Assembly: GCA_024653205.1 (NCBI GenBank)
Contig: JANLFO010000011.1
Coordinates: forward strand, 4,940-68,939
Length of the DNA stretch: 64,000 nt
Reading direction: 5' to 3'
Origin: Clostridia bacterium
GTDB taxonomy: Bacteria; Bacillota; DSM-521; Neomoorellales; SLTJ01
In this document: positions 42,415-51,606 of the stretch, in pieces
Position numbering within the stretch: the first letter of the stretch is position 1
How the letters are laid out: the number at the start of each line of letters is the position of its first letter
Position numbers and translations under genes: made by a program
Notes under the pieces: generated by a model
Told to the model about the DNA's origin: nothing
The model's input: the letters and a program-made list of their open reading frames with translations, nothing else
The model's database searches: none

Positions 42415-43335
42415 ATGATGCGTTCCATGTACTCGGCGGTGTCGGGCCTGCGCAACCACCAGATACGCATGGACGTGATCGGCAACAACATCGCCAACGT
42501 GAACACCGTGGCCTTCAAGTCCAGCCGCGTTACCTTCCAGGACACGTTTTACCAGTTGATCAGATCGGGCGCTGCCCCGGTCCAGAACGGTATCGGAGGT
42601 ACCACCCCCAGGCAGGTGGGCATCGGCATGGCCATCAACACCATCGATACGATGTTTACCCAGGGCGCGGTGCTGCCCACCGGCAACTTTACCGACCTGA
42701 TGATTCAAGGCGACGGCCTGTTTATACTGTCGCCCGATCCTGATACTGATATTACGGTATCGGAAGACGGCACCAACTTGACAGAGACTGACGACACCGT
42801 GTTCTTCACCCGGGCCGGGGTCTTCGGCTTCGACGCCTGGGGCAACCTGGTCAACAAGTCGAACGGCATGTACGTATTGGGCCTCGCCTACGACTCCGGG
42901 GGCAATCTTGGCAATGATTGTGATGCCATTCGGTTGGAAGAGATAATGAGAGATTTGACCGGAGACGATACATGGACTATTGCCAATGCCAACACGATCA
43001 CCATCAACTCCCAGGGGCAGGTAGTGGTGGACGGAGAGCCGGTGGCCGTCGTGGCCCTGGCCAAGTTCCCCAATCCCGAGGGGTTGCTCAAGAAGGGTGA
43101 AAACCTTTTCGTCTACGATCCGGCGGCCGGCAGCCCTCAGGCCGGTACCGCAAGCGATAGCAATGCCGGGCTGGGCAACACCACCATCGTGCCGGGGGCG
43201 CTGGAGATGTCCAACGTGGACCTGGCCCTGGAGTTCACGGAGATGATCACCACCCAGCGGGGGTTTCAGGCCAACGCCCGCACCATCACCACCTCGGACG
43301 AGATGCTGCAGGAACTGGTCAATCTCAAGCGCTAG
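42415..43335 (+). CDS. flgE: flagellar hook protein FlgE
   Basis: 306 aa. MRSMYSAVSGLRNHQIRMDVIGNNIANVNTVAFK...LEMSNVDLALEFTEMITTQRGFQANARTITTSDEMLQELVNLKR. Confidence 0.95.
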   Translation: MMRSMYSAVSGLRNHQIRMDVIGNNIANVNTVAFKSSRVTFQDTFYQLIRSGAAPVQNGIGGTTPRQVGIGMAINTIDTMFTQGAVLPTGNFTDLMIQGDGLFILSPDPDTDITVSEDGTNLTETDDTVFFTRAGVFGFDAWGNLVNKSNGMYVLGLAYDSGGNLGNDCDAIRLEEIMRDLTGDDTWTIANANTITINSQGQVVVDGEPVAVVALAKFPNPEGLLKKGENLFVYDPAAGSPQAGTASDSNAGLGNTTIVPGALEMSNVDLALEFTEMITTQRGFQANARTITTSDEMLQELVNLKR

Positions 43336-43343
43336 GCTCATTC

Positions 43344-43373
43344 GGGGGCGGGGGCCTTCGGGCCCCTGCCCCT
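43344..43373 (+). other. strong intra-operon RNA hairpin after flgE (13-bp GC stem, UUCG tetraloop)
   Basis: GGGGGCGGGGGCC-TTCG-GGCCCCTGCCCCT, with 11 Watson-Crick and 2 G-U pairs. Begins 9 nt after the flgE stop. No U-tract. Confidence 0.6.
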
Positions 43374-43397
43374 AGACGGATATGAGGGGGCAGTAAG

Positions 43398-43622
43398 GTG
43401 ATCAAGGTCATCACCCTGGACGGTCGAGAAATCATACTCAATGCCGAGCTGATCGAGCGGGTGGAAACCGTTCCGGAAACGGTGATCACCCTGGTAACCG
43501 GGAAGAAGATCCTGGTGCGGGACACGGTAGAAGAAGTCGTGGGTAAGGTGATGTCCTACCGGCGGCAGGTGGGGAGCCAGCCCGTCCCCCTGGCCGGATG
43601 CCGGGATGAGGTTCAGGCCTAG
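43398..43622 (+). CDS. flbD: flagellar protein FlbD
   Basis: 74 aa. MIKVITLDGREIILNAELIERVETVPETVITLVTGKKILVRDTVEEVVGKV is the typical FlbD sequence. Confidence 0.9.
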   Translation: MIKVITLDGREIILNAELIERVETVPETVITLVTGKKILVRDTVEEVVGKVMSYRRQVGSQPVPLAGCRDEVQA

Positions 43623-43657
43623 GCGGGCGGAGCGGAAAGGTTACGGGGTGAGATTCC

Positions 43658-44476
43658 TTGCGTAAAACCGATGCACTTACCATCCTGGGCGTAATGTGCG
43701 GGGTGGCGGCCATAATCCTGGCGATCGAGATGGGCGGGGACCTGAAGATGTTCATCAATATACCCTCGGTGCTGATCACCGTGGTGGGCTCCTTCTCCGC
43801 CATACTGATCCACTTCGGCATCGAGGAGATAAGGAACGTCTTTGCGGTAACCGGCCACGCCTTCCGGGCCCCGGACTGGAAGCCGTGGGAACTGATCGGG
43901 CTCCTGACCGACCTGGCCCGCAAGGCCCGCCGGGAAGGGCTTCTGGCCCTGGAAGACGACATCAACCGGGTGGAGGACCCTTTCTTCCAGAAAGGCCTGC
44001 GCATGGTGGTGGACGCCATCGACGCCGAGATCATCCGGGAAGTCCTGGAGACGGACATAGAGTTCACGGAAGAACGCCACCAGCGCGGCCAGCGGGTCTA
44101 CCGGGCCTGGGCCGGCCTGGCTCCCGCCTTCGGCATGATCGGCACCCTGATCGGCCTGATCCAGATGCTGGCCAATCTGAACGATCCGGACGCCCTGGGG
44201 CCGGGCATGGCGGTGGCCCTGATCACCACTTTCTACGGCAGCATTATGGCCAACCTCCTCTTTACCCCCCTGGCAGGCAAGCTGGCCCTGCGGGGAGAGG
44301 AGGAAATGCTGGTGCGGCGGCTCATCCTGGAAGGGCTGATTTCCATCCAGTCGGGCATGAATCCCCGGCTGCTGGAAGAGAAGCTCAAGTCGTTCCTGCC
44401 GCCCAAGGTGAGGGAAGCGGCCCGGTCCGAAGCCCGGAGCGCGGTGGGCGAGGAAGCCCGTCGCCCCGCATTCTAG
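43658..44476 (+). CDS. motA: flagellar stator protein MotA
   Basis: 272 aa with four TM segments. C-terminal PAFGMIGTLIGLIQML...MAVALITTFYGSIMANL pattern of MotA/TolQ/ExbB. Confidence 0.9.
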   Translation: MRKTDALTILGVMCGVAAIILAIEMGGDLKMFINIPSVLITVVGSFSAILIHFGIEEIRNVFAVTGHAFRAPDWKPWELIGLLTDLARKARREGLLALEDDINRVEDPFFQKGLRMVVDAIDAEIIREVLETDIEFTEERHQRGQRVYRAWAGLAPAFGMIGTLIGLIQMLANLNDPDALGPGMAVALITTFYGSIMANLLFTPLAGKLALRGEEEMLVRRLILEGLISIQSGMNPRLLEEKLKSFLPPKVREAARSEARSAVGEEARRPAF

Positions 44477-44547
44477 CCCATACGGGGGAACCGCGTGCGG
44501 GAGCGGGGAAGCGGCCGATCGCGGGCGCCGGCAGGTGAGGCCAGAAG

Positions 44548-45345
44548 ATGACCCGGGAGGGAAAGAGCGTGTTGAGGCGCAGCCGACGCCGGGAAGACGA
44601 TACCATAGGATCGGGGGAGTGGCTGCTTACCTATTCCGACTTCATCACCCTGGTCCTGACTTTCTTCGTGCTGCTTTACTCTTTTTCCAACCTTGACATC
44701 CAGAAGTTCCGCACCTTTATTGCGTCCTTTCAAGGGGTGAGCATTTTCAGCCAGGGACCGCAGCCTTTGGAGGGCGGGGAAGCGGAGGAACAGGAGCAGA
44801 TAACGCTGTTTGAGCCTAACCCTTCAATTCTGGAGGCGGCGCGCCGGCAACAGCAGCGTTTGGAGCAGATATACTCCCAGGTTCAGGCCTACTTGCAGGA
44901 GTACGGACTGGAGGACAAAGTGGAGCTGCGCTATACTGACCGGGGCGTGGCCCTGGACGTAAAGGAACGAATCCTCTTCGACACCGGCAAGGCCGACCTC
45001 AAGCCGGAGGCCAGGGTGCTGCTGGACCGGCTGGCCGGGCTTTTTGTCCGGTTGCCTTACCAGATCCAGGTGGAGGGCCATACCGACCCTCGGCCCATTC
45101 ATACCGTGGAGTTTCCCACCAACTGGGAGCTCTCCACGGCACGCTCGGCGCGGGTGGTGCGGTACTTCACCGAGATGCACGGTCTGGACCCCCGGAGGTT
45201 CGTCGCCGTAGGTTACGGTGAGTTTCGTCCCCTGGTGCCTAACGACAGCGAAGAACACATGGCCCTTAACCGACGAGTGGTCATGGTAATTCTGGTGGCA
45301 GAGGCGGCAGAAACTGGAGGGAGCGCGGTTGGCGAAAGGCATTAG
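44548..45345 (+). CDS. motB: flagellar stator protein MotB
   Basis: 265 aa. TM with the conserved Asp (WLLTYSDFITLVLTFFVLL). C-terminal OmpA-like domain (VEGHTDPRP...NRRVVMVIL). Confidence 0.9.
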   Translation: MTREGKSVLRRSRRREDDTIGSGEWLLTYSDFITLVLTFFVLLYSFSNLDIQKFRTFIASFQGVSIFSQGPQPLEGGEAEEQEQITLFEPNPSILEAARRQQQRLEQIYSQVQAYLQEYGLEDKVELRYTDRGVALDVKERILFDTGKADLKPEARVLLDRLAGLFVRLPYQIQVEGHTDPRPIHTVEFPTNWELSTARSARVVRYFTEMHGLDPRRFVAVGYGEFRPLVPNDSEEHMALNRRVVMVILVAEAAETGGSAVGERH

Positions 45346-45805
45346 TCTAGGGGGAAAGAAGCTTTTTGCAGTCGTAGTGGTGCTGGCCCTGGTGGCGGGA
45401 GGGGCGGGCTACGCTTTCCTGGGCGGAGGAAGCTTGCCCTTCCTAAACTGGGGAGAGAATCGGGGGGAAGAGGAGAAGCCCGCTCAAGCTCAGGCGGAGG
45501 CGGCCCAGCTCCATCAGATGGCCCTGGATTCGCTGGTGGTGAATCTGGCGGACGCCGGCGGGAGGCGCTACCTGCGAGTAACCATTACCCTGGAATATTC
45601 GGATCCCAGGGTGGAGAAGGAGCTGGAGAGGACCGGCTACAAGATCCGCGACGCCGTCATCCGGGTGCTCCGGTCCAAAACCGCCGCCGATCTATCACCG
45701 GACAAGACGGAGCCGCTCAAGACGGAACTGATCGATACGGTGAACGGCTACCTGAATTCGGGCCGGATCACGGGGTTATACTTTCAGGAATTCATTATCC
45801 AGTAG
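45329..45805 (+). CDS. fliL: flagellar basal body-associated protein FliL
   Basis: 158 aa. N-terminal TM, then LVVNLADAGGRRYLRVTITLEYSD...IRDAVIRVLRSKTAADL. Confidence 0.85.
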   Translation: MAKGISLGGKKLFAVVVVLALVAGGAGYAFLGGGSLPFLNWGENRGEEEKPAQAQAEAAQLHQMALDSLVVNLADAGGRRYLRVTITLEYSDPRVEKELERTGYKIRDAVIRVLRSKTAADLSPDKTEPLKTELIDTVNGYLNSGRITGLYFQEFIIQ

Positions 45806-45817
45806 GGGGGAGGATCG

Positions 45818-46156
45818 GTGGCAGCCGAGGGCAAAAAGCGACCGGTTGGCAAGCTCCCGGTACGGGAGGCCGAATTCGGCCAGTTAACGCCGGCGGGCGG
45901 GCTTCGGCCCAACAAGGCCCCCCTGGAGACCCTGGGCCCGGTGGCGGTGGACATCACCGTGGAGCTGGGCAGGGCCTGGGTGCCGGTGAGGGAGGTTCTG
46001 GAGTGGGAGCCCGGATCGGTGCTGCGGCTGGACAAGGTGGCGGGCGAGCCGGCAGAGGTCCTGATCAACGGCTGCCTACTGGGTCGCGGCGAGGTGGTGG
46101 TGGTCAACGAGCGCCTGGCCTTCCGCCTGCGTACCTTTCGGGAGAAGGAGGACTAG
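45818..46156 (+). CDS. fliN: stand-alone FliN-like (SpoA/surface-presentation-of-antigens domain) switch protein
   Basis: 112 aa. [61 protein letters not shown] is the FliN/SpoA domain. Confidence 0.8.
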   Translation: [112 protein letters not shown]

Positions 46157-46159
46157 AGG

Positions 46160-46525
46160 GTGGACGGCCAGTTCCTGTGGGCTTTGCTGCAGTTGGCGAT
46201 TTTCCTCCCTCTGGTAATAGCGGGGGCCTACCTGGTAACCCGCTACGTGGGTGCCTGGGGGCACATCCGGGCCCGGAGCGGCTCCTACCTGGAGGTGGTA
46301 GAGCGGCTTATGATCGGGCCGCGGTGCGGACTGTACGTGGTGCGGATGGGCACCAGGTACTGCCTGTTAGGGGTTAGCGAGAAGGGCCTGGATCTGCTTC
46401 GGGAGTTATCCGACTATCCTGCACCGCCCCAGTCCGGAAGACCGGGCACGCGGCTGACGCTTCCCCGGTTTCTAAACCGGCTCCGACTGGGACCTCGGGC
46501 GGAGGAGGATAAGGTTGAAGACTAA
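46160..46525 (+). CDS. fliO: flagellar biosynthesis protein FliO/FliZ
   Basis: 121 aa. Single N-terminal TM (LLQLAIFLPLVIAGAYLV), then YLEVVERLMIGPRCGLYVVRMGTRYCLLGVSEKGL. Position is before fliP. Confidence 0.75.
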   Translation: MDGQFLWALLQLAIFLPLVIAGAYLVTRYVGAWGHIRARSGSYLEVVERLMIGPRCGLYVVRMGTRYCLLGVSEKGLDLLRELSDYPAPPQSGRPGTRLTLPRFLNRLRLGPRAEEDKVED

Positions 46526-47267
46526 GGCGGCTCTGGTGGTGGCTCTGGCAGGGCTGGGCCTGGCAATCTCCCTGCGGGCGGCCTGGGCGCAGACCTGGCC
46601 GGGCCTGGAGCTGAATATCACCCCTACGGAAGAACCCGCCGGGGTAGTCAATACCCTGCGGCTCCTGATGGTGCTGACGGTGTTGGCCCTGGCTCCGGCC
46701 ATTCTGGTGATGGTCACTTCCTTCACCCGCATCGTGGTGGTCCTGTCGTTCCTGCGCAATGCTTTGGCCACCCAGCAGACTCCGCCCAACCAGGTGCTGG
46801 TCGGTCTGGCACTCTTTCTAACCTTTTTCACCATGTACCCGGTCTGGCAGGAGGTCCGGACCCAGGCGGTGGAGCCCTATCTCGCCGGAAGCATGGACCA
46901 GGCTACCGCCATGGACGCCGCCGCCCGGCCCCTGCGGGAATTCATGCTGCGCCATACCCGGGAGAAGGACCTGGCCCTGTTCGTGCGCATGGCACAGCTC
47001 CCGGCGCCGCCCACCCGGGAGGACGTGCCCCTGCGGGTGCTGATTCCGGCCTTCACCATTAGCGAGCTGAAGACCGCCTTCCAGATGGGATTCCTGCTAT
47101 ACGTGCCTTTTCTGATTATCGACCTGGTGGTGGCCAGCACCCTGATGTCCATGGGCATGTTCATGGTGCCGCCGATCATGATTTCTCTGCCCTTTAAGAT
47201 CCTGCTCTTCGTATTGGTAGACGGCTGGTACCTGGTGGTGAAGTCCTTGCTGGAGAGCTTTGGCTAG
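46515..47267 (+). CDS. fliP: flagellar export apparatus protein FliP
   Basis: 250 aa. Signal-like N-terminus, then LAPAILVMVTSFTRIVVVLSFLRNALATQQTPPNQVL...ELKTAFQMGFLLYVPFLIIDLVVASTLMSMGM. Confidence 0.95.
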   Translation: MKTKAALVVALAGLGLAISLRAAWAQTWPGLELNITPTEEPAGVVNTLRLLMVLTVLALAPAILVMVTSFTRIVVVLSFLRNALATQQTPPNQVLVGLALFLTFFTMYPVWQEVRTQAVEPYLAGSMDQATAMDAAARPLREFMLRHTREKDLALFVRMAQLPAPPTREDVPLRVLIPAFTISELKTAFQMGFLLYVPFLIIDLVVASTLMSMGMFMVPPIMISLPFKILLFVLVDGWYLVVKSLLESFG

Positions 47268-47314
47268 GGGAATGCCGGGAAGGAAAGAGGAGAGGTTAGT
47301 CAGGAGGAGTGGCC

Positions 47315-47584
47315 TTGAACGAGCAGTTCGTCCTGGGGCTGGCACGGCAGGGTTTGACCGTGGCCCTAATGCTGGCCGCACCCGCCTTGGTGACCGCCCT
47401 GGTGGTGGGGGTGGCGATCAGCATATTCCAGGCCACCACCCAGATTCAGGAACAAACCCTGACCTTCGTGCCCAAGATCGTGGCCGTGCTGGTGGCCATG
47501 CTGATCTTCGGCGCCTGGATGCTCAATCAACTGCTGGCGTTTACCGAACAATTGTTCGGTAACCTGGGAATCTGGGTGCGATAG
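47315..47584 (+). CDS. fliQ: flagellar export apparatus protein FliQ
   Basis: 89 aa from TTG 47315, 6 nt after GGAGGA (the track start 47309 is also possible). AISIFQATTQIQEQTLTFVPKI. Confidence 0.9.
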   Translation: MNEQFVLGLARQGLTVALMLAAPALVTALVVGVAISIFQATTQIQEQTLTFVPKIVAVLVAMLIFGAWMLNQLLAFTEQLFGNLGIWVR

Positions 47585-47594
47585 GAGGGCGGCC

Positions 47595-48359
47595 GTGGAT
47601 CCGGGAACCTGGCAGTCCGCACTCCTGATCTTCGCCCGGGTAAGTGCCTTCATGGCCGTGGGGCCGCTTTTCGGGCTCCGCCCGGTACCGCCGCTACTCA
47701 AGGCGGGAGCGGCCCTGATACTGGCCAGTCTGCTCGTTCCCGTGGTTCGGCTGCCGGAAGGCTCGCTTCAGGCGCCGGTCTACGCCCTGGCAATACTCGG
47801 CGAGGTGCTGGTGGGCCTGGCTCTGGGATATGCCGCCAGTCTGCTCTTTCACGCCTTCCGGGTCGCCGGCCAGCTTCTGGACCTGGAGACCGGCCTGGCC
47901 ATGGCCAACCTTCTGGACCCGGAGACCGGTGCGGGAGTGTCCTTGCTGGGTGAGTTCTTCTACCTCCTGGGGCTGTGGCTTCTCCTGCAAATGGACGGCC
48001 ACCACAGCCTGCTGCGCGCCCTGGCGGACAGCTTTGAGCTGGTTCCGCCGGGAACCGCCGCCTGGCAGGGTGCCCTGGCAGCGGAGATAGGGCGGCGTTT
48101 TGCCGCCATGTTCGGCCTGGCCCTGCGCCTGGCGGCGCCGGTCATGGCGGTCCTGGTGGTAAGCGACGTGGCCCTGGCCCTGATCTCCCGGACCGTGCCC
48201 CAGCTCAACGTGTTCATGATGGGGTTTCCCCTCAAGGTGGGTCTGGGGCTGCTGGGCCTGATCCTGGTGCTTCCCATTCTGGCCCAGGCCTTCGGTCCGG
48301 TGGTGAAAATGATGGAAGAAAGCATGGCGGTGGTAAGCCGCTATCTGGTGGGGGCGTGA
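47595..48359 (+). CDS. fliR: flagellar export apparatus protein FliR
   Basis: 254 aa, polytopic. LLIFARVSAFMAVGPLFG...GFPLKVGLGLL. Confidence 0.9.
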   Translation: MDPGTWQSALLIFARVSAFMAVGPLFGLRPVPPLLKAGAALILASLLVPVVRLPEGSLQAPVYALAILGEVLVGLALGYAASLLFHAFRVAGQLLDLETGLAMANLLDPETGAGVSLLGEFFYLLGLWLLLQMDGHHSLLRALADSFELVPPGTAAWQGALAAEIGRRFAAMFGLALRLAAPVMAVLVVSDVALALISRTVPQLNVFMMGFPLKVGLGLLGLILVLPILAQAFGPVVKMMEESMAVVSRYLVGA

Positions 48360-48360
48360 C

Positions 48361-49458
48361 ATGGAGGCGTGGCGCCTTAATCTCCAGCTTTTCGCCGCCG
48401 AGGAGAAAACCGAGGAACCCACTCCGCACCGGCGGGAAGAGGTGCGCCGCCAGGGCCAGGCGGCCCGCAGCGCCGATCTCAACGCGGCCACCGTACTGCT
48501 GGCGGGAATCCTGGTGCTGTGGAGCGCGCACCACGCCTTCCTGCAGGGCCTGGCCCTGCAGAGCCGCGGCGCCTGGAGTCGCGGGGTGGCGGAGTTGACC
48601 GTGCCGGCGGCGGTGAACCTGGTAAGCGGGGAGCTGGTTGCGGCCGTGCGGGGACTCCTGCCGCTGGTGGTCGCAGCCCTGGCGGCGGGCCTGGTGGTGA
48701 GCTTTGCCCAGGTGGGGTGGACGGTGTCGTTTGCGCCCCTCAAGCCCAGGCCGGAGAACCTGGATCCGGTGCGCGGCCTGCAGCGCATGTTCTCGCGGCG
48801 CGCTCTCATGGAACTGGCCAAGTCGCTCCTGAAGGTGGGTCTCACCGGAGCCGTGGTTTTCCTTGCGGTTCGGGGCAGGCTGGACGACCTCTTCACCCTG
48901 GTCTATACCGGCGGCTGGCAGCTTTACGAGGTGGTCAGCGGCCTCCTGCTCCGGCTGGGCCTGGTCGTGGCCGGGATTTACGCCGCGGTGGCGGTGTGGG
49001 ACTACGCCTTCCAGCGGCGCCAGTTCCTGCAGCAGATCCGCATGACCCGGTTCGAGCTCAAGGAAGAGCTGCGGCAGACCGAAGGCGATCCCCAGGTGAG
49101 GGCCCGGGTGCGCCAGCGGCAGCGGCAGATCGCCCGGCAGAGAATGATGCGCCAGGTTCCTCAGGCCACGGTAGTCATCACCAACCCCACCCACCTGGCG
49201 GTGGCCCTGCGCTACGACCAGCAGGTAATGCGGGCGCCGGTGGTGGTGGCCAAGGGGGTTAACTGGCTGGCGGAAAAGATTGTGAAGGTGGCCCGGGAGC
49301 ACCGCGTACCGGTGGTTCCCGACGCGCCCCTGGCTCAGGCGCTCTACCGGACGGTAGAGGTGGGCCGGGAGATACCGCCCGAGCTTTACCACGCCGTCGC
49401 CGAGATCCTCGCCGCGCTCTACCGGGCGCAGGGCCGGCTGGGCGGCGCGGTCGGATAG
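48361..49458 (+). CDS. flhB: flagellar export switch protein FlhB
   Basis: 365 aa. FAAEEKTEEPTPHRREEVRRQGQ N-terminus and the NPTH autocleavage site (VVITNPTHLAVALRY). Confidence 0.95.
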   Translation: MEAWRLNLQLFAAEEKTEEPTPHRREEVRRQGQAARSADLNAATVLLAGILVLWSAHHAFLQGLALQSRGAWSRGVAELTVPAAVNLVSGELVAAVRGLLPLVVAALAAGLVVSFAQVGWTVSFAPLKPRPENLDPVRGLQRMFSRRALMELAKSLLKVGLTGAVVFLAVRGRLDDLFTLVYTGGWQLYEVVSGLLLRLGLVVAGIYAAVAVWDYAFQRRQFLQQIRMTRFELKEELRQTEGDPQVRARVRQRQRQIARQRMMRQVPQATVVITNPTHLAVALRYDQQVMRAPVVVAKGVNWLAEKIVKVAREHRVPVVPDAPLAQALYRTVEVGREIPPELYHAVAEILAALYRAQGRLGGAVG

Positions 49459-49542
49459 CGGGAAGGCGGCAACGGCGCCGGGCAGACCGGCAGTTCGGGT
49501 CGGGTGGACGAGTAACTTCGGAAATCGGGGGAGGGGATAGCA

Positions 49543-51606
49543 GTGGCCGATCCGTGGAGCGCACCTTTGGGCAGGCGCCTCGCCGCCTACCGGGACGTGC
49601 TGGTGGCCGGGTTGGTGGTGGCCATTGTGATTCTCATCGTGGTTCCCATCCCCACGGCCTTGCTGGACTTTCTTCTGGCCTCCAGCCTGGCCTTTTCCGT
49701 CCTGGTGCTGCTGAACACCATGTTTACCACCCACCCGCTGCAGTTCTCGGTCTTCCCGTCTCTGTTGCTGGTGGCTACCCTGTTTCGCCTGGCCCTGAAC
49801 ATCTCCTCTACCCGCCTGATCCTGAGCCAGGCCTACGCCGGCCGGATTATCGACGCCTTCGGCAGTTTCGTGGTGGGCGGCAACCTGGTGGTGGGTCTGG
49901 TGATCTTCGGTATCATTACCATCATACAGTTCGTCGTCATCACCAACGGCGCCGGCCGGGTGGCGGAGGTGGCGGCCCGCTTCACCCTGGACGCCCTGCC
50001 GGGGAAGCAGATGAGCATCGATGCCGACCTCAACACCGGTCTCATTACCGAGGAAGAGGCCCGTGCCCGCAGGCGGGAGCTGCAGCGGGAGGCCGACTTT
50101 TACGGAGCCATGGACGGCGCCAGCAAGTTCGTGCGCGGGGATGCCATTGCCGGGCTGGTCATCACCCTGATCAACATCGTGGGCGGGCTGGCGGTAGGGG
50201 TTTGGCAGCGGGGTTTTGCGCTGCAGGAAGCCATGGACCGCTACACGATACTGACCGTGGGCGACGGTCTGGTCAACCAGATACCGGCGCTGCTGGTATC
50301 CACCGCCACCGGCATACTGGTCACCCGGGCGGGGGCTTCGGCCAACCTCGGCCGGGAGCTTTCCGGCCAGCTTACCGCTTTCCCGCAGGTCCTGGGCCTG
50401 GCGGCGGTCATACTGGCCGGCCTGGGTCTGGTGCCGGCGGTGCCGCCCTGGCCCTTCTTCATCCTGGCGGCGGCCAGCGCCTACGGCGCCTATACCCTGG
50501 CCAAGGAGGAGCAGCGGGAGAAGCTGCGGCCGGCGGCGGAGGCGGCGGCGGTGAGAAAACGGGAGCCGGAGAACGTGTTGCCCTTGTTCCAGGTAGAGCC
50601 GCTGGAAATAGAGATCGGCTACAATCTGGTGGGCCTGGCCGACGAGTCCCAGGGTGGCGATCTCCTGGACCGGCTGGGTGCGGTGCGGCGCCAGTGCGCC
50701 ACCGACCTGGGGATATACGTGCGGCCCATCCGCGTGCGGGATAACCTCAGGCTGCCGCCCAACGGCTACGTGTTCAGGCTCCGGGGAGTGGAGGCCGCCC
50801 GGGGCGAGCTGATGCCCGGACACTACCTGGCCATGGCGCCGCCGGGAGTCCAGGGCGAGGTCCGGGGCGTGGCCACCAAGGAGCCCACCTTCGGCCTCCC
50901 CGCCTGGTGGATCTCCGAGTCCGAGCGGCTGGGGGCGGAGGCGGCCGGCTACACGGTGGTGGACTGCGGCACGGTCTTGATTACCCACCTTACGGAGTTC
51001 GTCAAGCGGCATGCCCATGAACTTCTGGGCCGCCAGGAGGTGCGGGAGCTTCTGGACGCAATAAAGGAAACCAACGCCGCCCTGGTGGACGAACTGGTGC
51101 CGGGGCTGCTTTCTCTGGGCGAGGTGCAGAAGGTGTTGCAGAACCTGTTGCGGGAGCAAGTGCCCATAAGGGACCTGGTTTCCATCCTGGAGGCTCTGGC
51201 CGACCACGCAGCGCGCAGCCGCGACCCGGATTATCTTACGGAAGCGGCGCGCCAGGCCCTGCGGCGCACCCTAACCCGGCTCTACGCTCCGGGAGGTAAG
51301 CTGGTAGCCATTACCCTGCACCCCAAGCTCGAGGAAACGGTGGCGGAAAGCATCCAGCCCACCCAGCAGGGAAGCTACCCCGTGCTGCCGCCGGAGGTCA
51401 CCCGGCGCCTGCTGGACCGGCTGGGCAATTTGGTGGAGGAGGCGGTGCGCCGCAATCTGCAGCCGGTAGTGCTGGTATCCTCGCGGATCCGCCTGCCGCT
51501 GCGGCGCCTGCTCGAGCGCTTCATTCCCGGGGTGGTAGTGCTATCCCTGGCCGAATTGCTGCCGGATCTGGAAATCGAGTCTCTGGGGACGGTGGTGGCG
51601 GATTGA
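49543..51606 (+). CDS. flhA: flagellar export gate protein FlhA
   Basis: 687 aa. TM domain with FSVFPSLLLVATLFRLALNISSTRLIL and FVRGDAIAG, plus a cytoplasmic C-domain. Confidence 0.95.
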   Translation: MADPWSAPLGRRLAAYRDVLVAGLVVAIVILIVVPIPTALLDFLLASSLAFSVLVLLNTMFTTHPLQFSVFPSLLLVATLFRLALNISSTRLILSQAYAGRIIDAFGSFVVGGNLVVGLVIFGIITIIQFVVITNGAGRVAEVAARFTLDALPGKQMSIDADLNTGLITEEEARARRRELQREADFYGAMDGASKFVRGDAIAGLVITLINIVGGLAVGVWQRGFALQEAMDRYTILTVGDGLVNQIPALLVSTATGILVTRAGASANLGRELSGQLTAFPQVLGLAAVILAGLGLVPAVPPWPFFILAAASAYGAYTLAKEEQREKLRPAAEAAAVRKREPENVLPLFQVEPLEIEIGYNLVGLADESQGGDLLDRLGAVRRQCATDLGIYVRPIRVRDNLRLPPNGYVFRLRGVEAARGELMPGHYLAMAPPGVQGEVRGVATKEPTFGLPAWWISESERLGAEAAGYTVVDCGTVLITHLTEFVKRHAHELLGRQEVRELLDAIKETNAALVDELVPGLLSLGEVQKVLQNLLREQVPIRDLVSILEALADHAARSRDPDYLTEAARQALRRTLTRLYAPGGKLVAITLHPKLEETVAESIQPTQQGSYPVLPPEVTRRLLDRLGNLVEEAVRRNLQPVVLVSSRIRLPLRRLLERFIPGVVVLSLAELLPDLEIESLGTVVAD

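Noticed and set aside
48232-51207. 991-aa ORF on the minus strand, antisense to flhB and flhA
   Set aside because: Same reasoning: it is fully overlapped by strongly conserved genes on the + strand, and its composition is a GC artefact.
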